Shown here piece after piece: positions 24,830 to 28,525 of a stretch of 28,525 nucleotides of DNA (the stretch's first letter is position 1; each line of letters starts with the position of its first letter). The notes under the pieces were generated by a model. It did no database searches, had not been told where the DNA came from, and saw nothing but the letters and a program-made list of their open reading frames with translations. The position numbers were made by a program, and so were the translations under genes. Origin of the DNA: a virus (lineage: Duplodnaviria; Heunggongvirae; Uroviricota; Caudoviricetes); IMG/VR virus record IMGVR_UViG_643348547_000003, positions 1 through 28,525 of that record. One strand, given 5' to 3'.

Positions 24830-27229
24830 ATGGCAGCAGTAAAAATCTCAGGTGTGCTGAAAGATGGTGCGGGAAAACCAATACAGAACTGCACTATTCA
24901 ACTGAAGGCAAAGCGTAACAGCACCACGGTACTGGTGAACACGGTGGCCTCTGAAAATCCGGATGAAGCCGGGCGTTACAGCATGGATGTTGAGTATGGC
25001 CAGTACAGCGTTATCCTGCTTGTTGAAGGTTTTCCGCCTTCACATGCCGGAACCATTACCGTCTATGAAGGTTCCAGACCAGGTACGCTGAATGATTTTC
25101 TCGGTGCCATGACGGAAGATGATGTCATGCCGGAGGCATTGCGTCGTTTTGAGGAAATGGTGGAAGAAGCGGCACGCAACGCCGAAGCCGCCTCTCAGAG
25201 CGCAGCGGCGGCAAAGAAATCCGAAACTGCAGCGGCATCATCGAAGAACGCGGCGAAAACCTCAGAAACGAATGCAGCTAATAGTGCACAGGCGGCAGCG
25301 ACCTCACAGACTGCATCAGAAAACTCCGCGACAGCAGCCAAAAAATCAGAAACCAACGCGAAAAATAGCGAGACAGCCGCAAAGACGAGCGAAACCAACG
25401 CAAAGTCCAGCCAGACGGCAGCGAAGACCAGCGAAACGAATGCCAAAGCCAGTGAAACTGCGGCAAAAAACAGCCAGGTTGCAGCAGCCCAAAGCGAGAG
25501 CGCGGCAGCCGGTTCTGCGACTTCAGCAACTGGATCAGCAACTGCTGCGGCTAACAGCCAGAAAGCTGCGAAGACGAGTGAAACTAACGCAAAGTCCAGC
25601 CAGACGGCAGCGAAGACCAGCGAAACGAATGCCAAAGCCAGTGAAACTGCGGCGAAAAACAGTCAGGATGCAGCAGCCCAAAGCGAGAGTGCCGCAGCTG
25701 GTTCTGCAAGTGCGGCGGCTTCTTCTGCCTCTGCATCAGCCAACAGTCAAAAAGCTGCAAAAACCAGTGAAACCAACGCAAAGGCGAGCGAGACTGCGGC
25801 GGCTAACTCAGCGAAAGCATCGGCAGCAAGCCAGACGGCTGCAAAAGCAAGTGAAGACGCAGCCAGAGAGTATGCAAGCCAGGCTGCGGAGCCGTATAAA
25901 CAAGTTTTGCAGCCGCTTCCCGATGTGTGGATACCGTTTAACGATTCACTGGATATGATTACGGGCTTTTCGCCGTCATATAAAAAGATTGTTATTGGTG
26001 ATGATGAAATAACGATGCCTGGCGATAAGGTTGTAAAGTTTAAACGCGCATCAACTGCCACATATATCAATAAATCAGGCGTATTTAGTGTTGCTAAAAT
26101 TGATGAGCCACGATTTGAAAAAGAAGGTTTATTGATTGAAGGACAGCGCACTAACTATTTTGTTAAATCCAATATCCCCGCTGAATGGACGAGTACCAGC
26201 AATATCGATAAAACTAATAATGGTGTTGATGAATTTGGTTTTTCATATGCCAAAATGCGAACAAAAGATAATATGACAGGACAATCATCTGCACTTAGTC
26301 TGCATACATGCAGTGCATCCCGGGGGATTGATGTTAGTGGCGATAATAAGTATTGCACTGTTTCATGCAGGGTTAAAGCTCCTGATGGTCTTCGTTGTCG
26401 TTTGCGTTTTGAAAAATACGATGGGTCGGTTTATACATTTTTAGGAGATGCTTATTTAACTTTCGGAACTCTGATAATAGAAAAAACTGGCGGAGCAGCC
26501 AATAGAATAGCAGCTACTGCAACTAAAGATCCGGTTACAGGGTGGATTTTCTATGAGGCAACTATAGAAGCTGTTGAAGGTGAAACCTTAATTGGCGCAA
26601 TGATTCAGTATGCGCCGAAAAAAGGTGGTGTAACTGAAGCGGGAGATTATATTTACCTTGCAACACCACAATTTGAAAACGGCGGATGTGCTTCATCTTT
26701 TGTTATTACGACAACTGTACCCGCAACCCGCTCCAGTGATATGGTGACGATCCCAACTGAAAATAATATCTATAATAGACCGCTTACGTGCCTGGTCGAG
26801 GTTAATAGAAATTGGGGCGATATTCCTCCTAATGTAGCACCGCGTATTTTTGATTTTTCTGGTGTGCCACCTATTGAGTCAATTACATACGCTTTTAACA
26901 CAACTGAGAAATATTACGGTCAGCTTTATATGCAAACTTATAAAGCGTCGACAAGTACTTACGTTTCTAGTGTGTTTGCTGGTCGAACTGATGTTCGAAA
27001 ATTCATTGGTGGTTTTAATATTTATTCTGATGGTACTAAACGAGTAGTTTCTAACGGTGAGGCTACTAAAACCATGAAAACGGAGTGGACGGGCGTAAAA
27101 ACACGGACCTTTATTCGAATTGGAGGTCAAGCCACATCGGGAACTCGTCATCTATTCGGCCATTTGAGAAATCTTCGTCTCTGGCATAAAGAATTAACTG
27201 ATGCGCAAATGGGGGAGAGTATTAAATGA
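24830..27229 (+). CDS. stf: Side tail fibre protein (Stf-like): lambda-type N-terminus, Ala/Ser/Thr-rich repeat shaft, non-lambda lectin-like C-terminal domain
   Basis: N-terminus AVKISGVLKDGAGKPIQNCTIQLKAKRNSTTV...HAGTITVYEGS parallels lambda Stf. ATG at 24830 with GGAG upstream (the track start at 24824 is GTG). The C-terminal 400 aa or so are AT-rich and end in a Laminin_G_3-like motif (HLFGHLRNLRLWHKELTDAQM). Confidence 0.85.
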   Translation: MAAVKISGVLKDGAGKPIQNCTIQLKAKRNSTTVLVNTVASENPDEAGRYSMDVEYGQYSVILLVEGFPPSHAGTITVYEGSRPGTLNDFLGAMTEDDVMPEALRRFEEMVEEAARNAEAASQSAAAAKKSETAAASSKNAAKTSETNAANSAQAAATSQTASENSATAAKKSETNAKNSETAAKTSETNAKSSQTAAKTSETNAKASETAAKNSQVAAAQSESAAAGSATSATGSATAAANSQKAAKTSETNAKSSQTAAKTSETNAKASETAAKNSQDAAAQSESAAAGSASAAASSASASANSQKAAKTSETNAKASETAAANSAKASAASQTAAKASEDAAREYASQAAEPYKQVLQPLPDVWIPFNDSLDMITGFSPSYKKIVIGDDEITMPGDKVVKFKRASTATYINKSGVFSVAKIDEPRFEKEGLLIEGQRTNYFVKSNIPAEWTSTSNIDKTNNGVDEFGFSYAKMRTKDNMTGQSSALSLHTCSASRGIDVSGDNKYCTVSCRVKAPDGLRCRLRFEKYDGSVYTFLGDAYLTFGTLIIEKTGGAANRIAATATKDPVTGWIFYEATIEAVEGETLIGAMIQYAPKKGGVTEAGDYIYLATPQFENGGCASSFVITTTVPATRSSDMVTIPTENNIYNRPLTCLVEVNRNWGDIPPNVAPRIFDFSGVPPIESITYAFNTTEKYYGQLYMQTYKASTSTYVSSVFAGRTDVRKFIGGFNIYSDGTKRVVSNGEATKTMKTEWTGVKTRTFIRIGGQATSGTRHLFGHLRNLRLWHKELTDAQMGESIK
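25379..25709 (+). repeat. Tandem duplication (about 189-bp unit, 2 near-identical copies) inside stf, within a wider KTSETNAK-type repetitive shaft
   Basis: Protein segment AAKTSETNAKSSQTAAKTSETNAKASETAAKNSQ(V/D)AAAQSESAAAGSA occurs twice, 63 aa apart. Shorter SETNAK-containing repeats extend across about 25211..25860. Confidence 0.6.
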
Positions 27230-27507
27230 AAGATTTAACGCTCAAATTTGCAGACAGGGCCGACTTTTCGGCCTTTATGGAGAGTATTGGCTATTATGAT
27301 GACGAGTCGATGCAGGATGATATTCTTATTGACGTGATAGGTAACGTGTACAAAGAAACCGGAGAACTGACTGAAGATGGCGAACCGGTATGTGTTAAGG
27401 AGGACGGATATTTTGTAAACGTGCGCATCATTAATGATGCAAAAAAATCGTCAATATTCGATAAATACGCGATTGTTGTTGAGCATCAACTTCGTGGCTG
27501 GATGTGA
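27226..27507 (+). CDS. Hypothetical small acidic protein, translationally coupled to stf
   Basis: 93 aa. The ATG overlaps the stf stop (ATGA) with GGGGGAGAG upstream. No resemblance to lambda Tfa. Confidence 0.55.
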   Translation: MKDLTLKFADRADFSAFMESIGYYDDESMQDDILIDVIGNVYKETGELTEDGEPVCVKEDGYFVNVRIINDAKKSSIFDKYAIVVEHQLRGWM

Positions 27508-27516
27508 GGGAGACAA

Positions 27517-28221
27517 ATGGCTACATCGACAGTAATTCCAGGAGACATCACCACGTTAAAGGGAGATGTCAGTAAAGCCAAGGAAGATATTTCCTCAATT
27601 AACGGAAAAGTATCAACGCTTCAGACTGATATGACCAGTGCAAAGCAGGATATCAGCACCAGATACACAAAAACTGAAGTTGATAATAAGCTGAAAAACA
27701 AAGTGGAAGTGAACGATCTGGAAAGTGGTCGTTATGGTGGAGATTTTTACCCGCTGACTGGTCGTGAAGCGTTTTATTTGTGGGGATTGGGCACGACTAC
27801 AGCGGCGGCAAACCTTTATCTTAATCCTGACCCCGCAATTTCGTCTGTACTGCGGTCCACATCGTCTATCCGCTATAAACATTCAGTAGAGACGATAGAT
27901 TCGGAGCACGCCGATCTCATTTTCAGGATGCGCCCTGTGTGGTACAGGTCGCAATGCGAAAATGACAGGCGCGATTGGGGATTCTATGGATTGATTGCCG
28001 AGGAAGTAGGAGAAATTGCCCCTCAGTTTGTTCACTGGCGACCAGCTAACGAGAATGATGCTCCTGAAGCTATTTCCAGCAATGGCCTTGTTGCCGAAGG
28101 TGTAATGTACGAACGTCTGGTTGTTCCACTGATTCACCATATCCAGAAACTGACTGAAAGAGTTGATGAACTTGAGTCAGAATTAAAGTTGTTATCAACT
28201 TCCCGAAGCGATATCGGATAA
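27517..28221 (+). CDS. Short coiled-coil fibre-like protein with a C-terminal intramolecular chaperone (peptidase S74-like) domain
   Basis: 234 aa. N-terminal heptad-like region (GDVSKAKEDISSINGKVSTLQTDMTSAKQDISTRYTKTEVDNKLKNKVEVNDL). C-terminal SSIRYKHSVETID...GFYGLIAEEVGEIAPQFV...ERVDELESELKLL resembles the autoproteolytic chaperone domain of endosialidase-type tail fibres. GAGGGAG ribosome-binding site. Confidence 0.6.
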   Translation: MATSTVIPGDITTLKGDVSKAKEDISSINGKVSTLQTDMTSAKQDISTRYTKTEVDNKLKNKVEVNDLESGRYGGDFYPLTGREAFYLWGLGTTTAAANLYLNPDPAISSVLRSTSSIRYKHSVETIDSEHADLIFRMRPVWYRSQCENDRRDWGFYGLIAEEVGEIAPQFVHWRPANENDAPEAISSNGLVAEGVMYERLVVPLIHHIQKLTERVDELESELKLLSTSRSDIG

Positions 28222-28231
28222 AGGAGGAGTA

Positions 28232-28525
28232 ATGGATATAACACCTTTCCTTCATGCACTTTGTGCTGTGGCTGCGCAGGTACTGGTTGGTCTTTTTACC
28301 GGAAACTGGGCTTACGGGGCGATAGCCGGTTGTACGTTCTTCATTGCGCGTGAACATACCCAGGCAGAATATCGCTGGATTGAAATGTTCGGGCATGGCA
28401 AGCGAATGAATATGCCGTGGTGGGGCGGTTTTGATCCGCGCGCGTGGGATGTGGCAAGTCTGATGGATTTTGCTGTGCCGGTGGTGGCGTGTCTGCTGGT
28501 CTGGCTGTTGGTTAATCGTGGGTGA
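28232..28525 (+). CDS. Hypothetical small membrane protein (2 predicted TM helices)
   Basis: 97 aa with a strong SD (AAAGGAGGAG) upstream. Hydrophobic segments LHALCAVAAQVLVGLFTG and LMDFAVPVVACLLVWLLV. Stop codon at the last 3 nt of the window. Confidence 0.55.
   Translation: MDITPFLHALCAVAAQVLVGLFTGNWAYGAIAGCTFFIAREHTQAEYRWIEMFGHGKRMNMPWWGGFDPRAWDVASLMDFAVPVVACLLVWLLVNRG

Larger units (their letters stand above)
11500..28525 (+). mobile_element. Lambda-like prophage arm: truncated E, head-tail joining genes, complete tail module, lom, mosaic tail fibre region
   Basis: Co-linear with lambda E-FI-FII-Z-U-V-G-T-H-M-L-K-I-J-lom-stf. Protein sequences are near-identical to lambda as recalled, except the J C-terminus and the Stf C-terminus. 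Confidence 0.85.

Noticed and set aside
25119-25958. 279-aa plus-strand ORF (and minus-strand ORFs 25195..25635, 25747..26151) overlapping the stf repeat region
   Set aside because: Alternative-frame readings of the repetitive GCN-rich stf shaft. The Arg/Gln-rich low-complexity translations have no start context. The stf frame explains the region.
1-28525. CRISPR arrays, tRNA or rRNA genes
   Set aside because: No spacer-repeat architecture was seen; the only regular repeats are the ori iterons and the stf codon repeats. No tRNA-like sequence was spotted at the island/prophage junction or elsewhere.

Overview
The window holds two juxtaposed mobile elements. Left (1 to about 11499): an integrative island that looks like a P4-like or PICI-like phage satellite. 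It carries an IS3-family insertion sequence (IS629/IS1203-like) that cuts a P4-type tyrosine integrase gene, an AlpA-family regulator, an AT-rich cargo gene for a small membrane protein, a divergent regulatory region with repeated operator-like motifs, a P4-alpha-like replication NTPase followed by a TGTTCACC iteron array (P4-type ori), an SSB-like protein, an unexpected capsid module (lambda gpE-like major capsid protein plus gpD-like decoration protein in the order E then D), a second AlpA-family regulator, and at the right edge an AT-rich convergent gene for a TIR-domain protein fused to a C-terminal domain with a DUF3298/RsiV-like motif. Right (about 11500 to 28525): a lambda-like prophage arm starting inside a 5'-truncated E gene and running through FI, FII, Z, U, V, G, T (with the G/T slippery site), H, M, L, K, I, J, lom and a mosaic side tail fibre gene, then three small genes that are not lambda tfa. 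The candidate previously undescribed system I would prioritise is the solitary TIR-domain protein (10148..11290). The satellite-borne gpE/gpD-like capsid pair is the second. All domain and family calls come from reading the translations and from memory of the protein families; no database search was run. ORF coordinates come from the supplied track; coordinates of non-coding features were counted by hand from ORF anchors and may be off by 1 to 2 nt.
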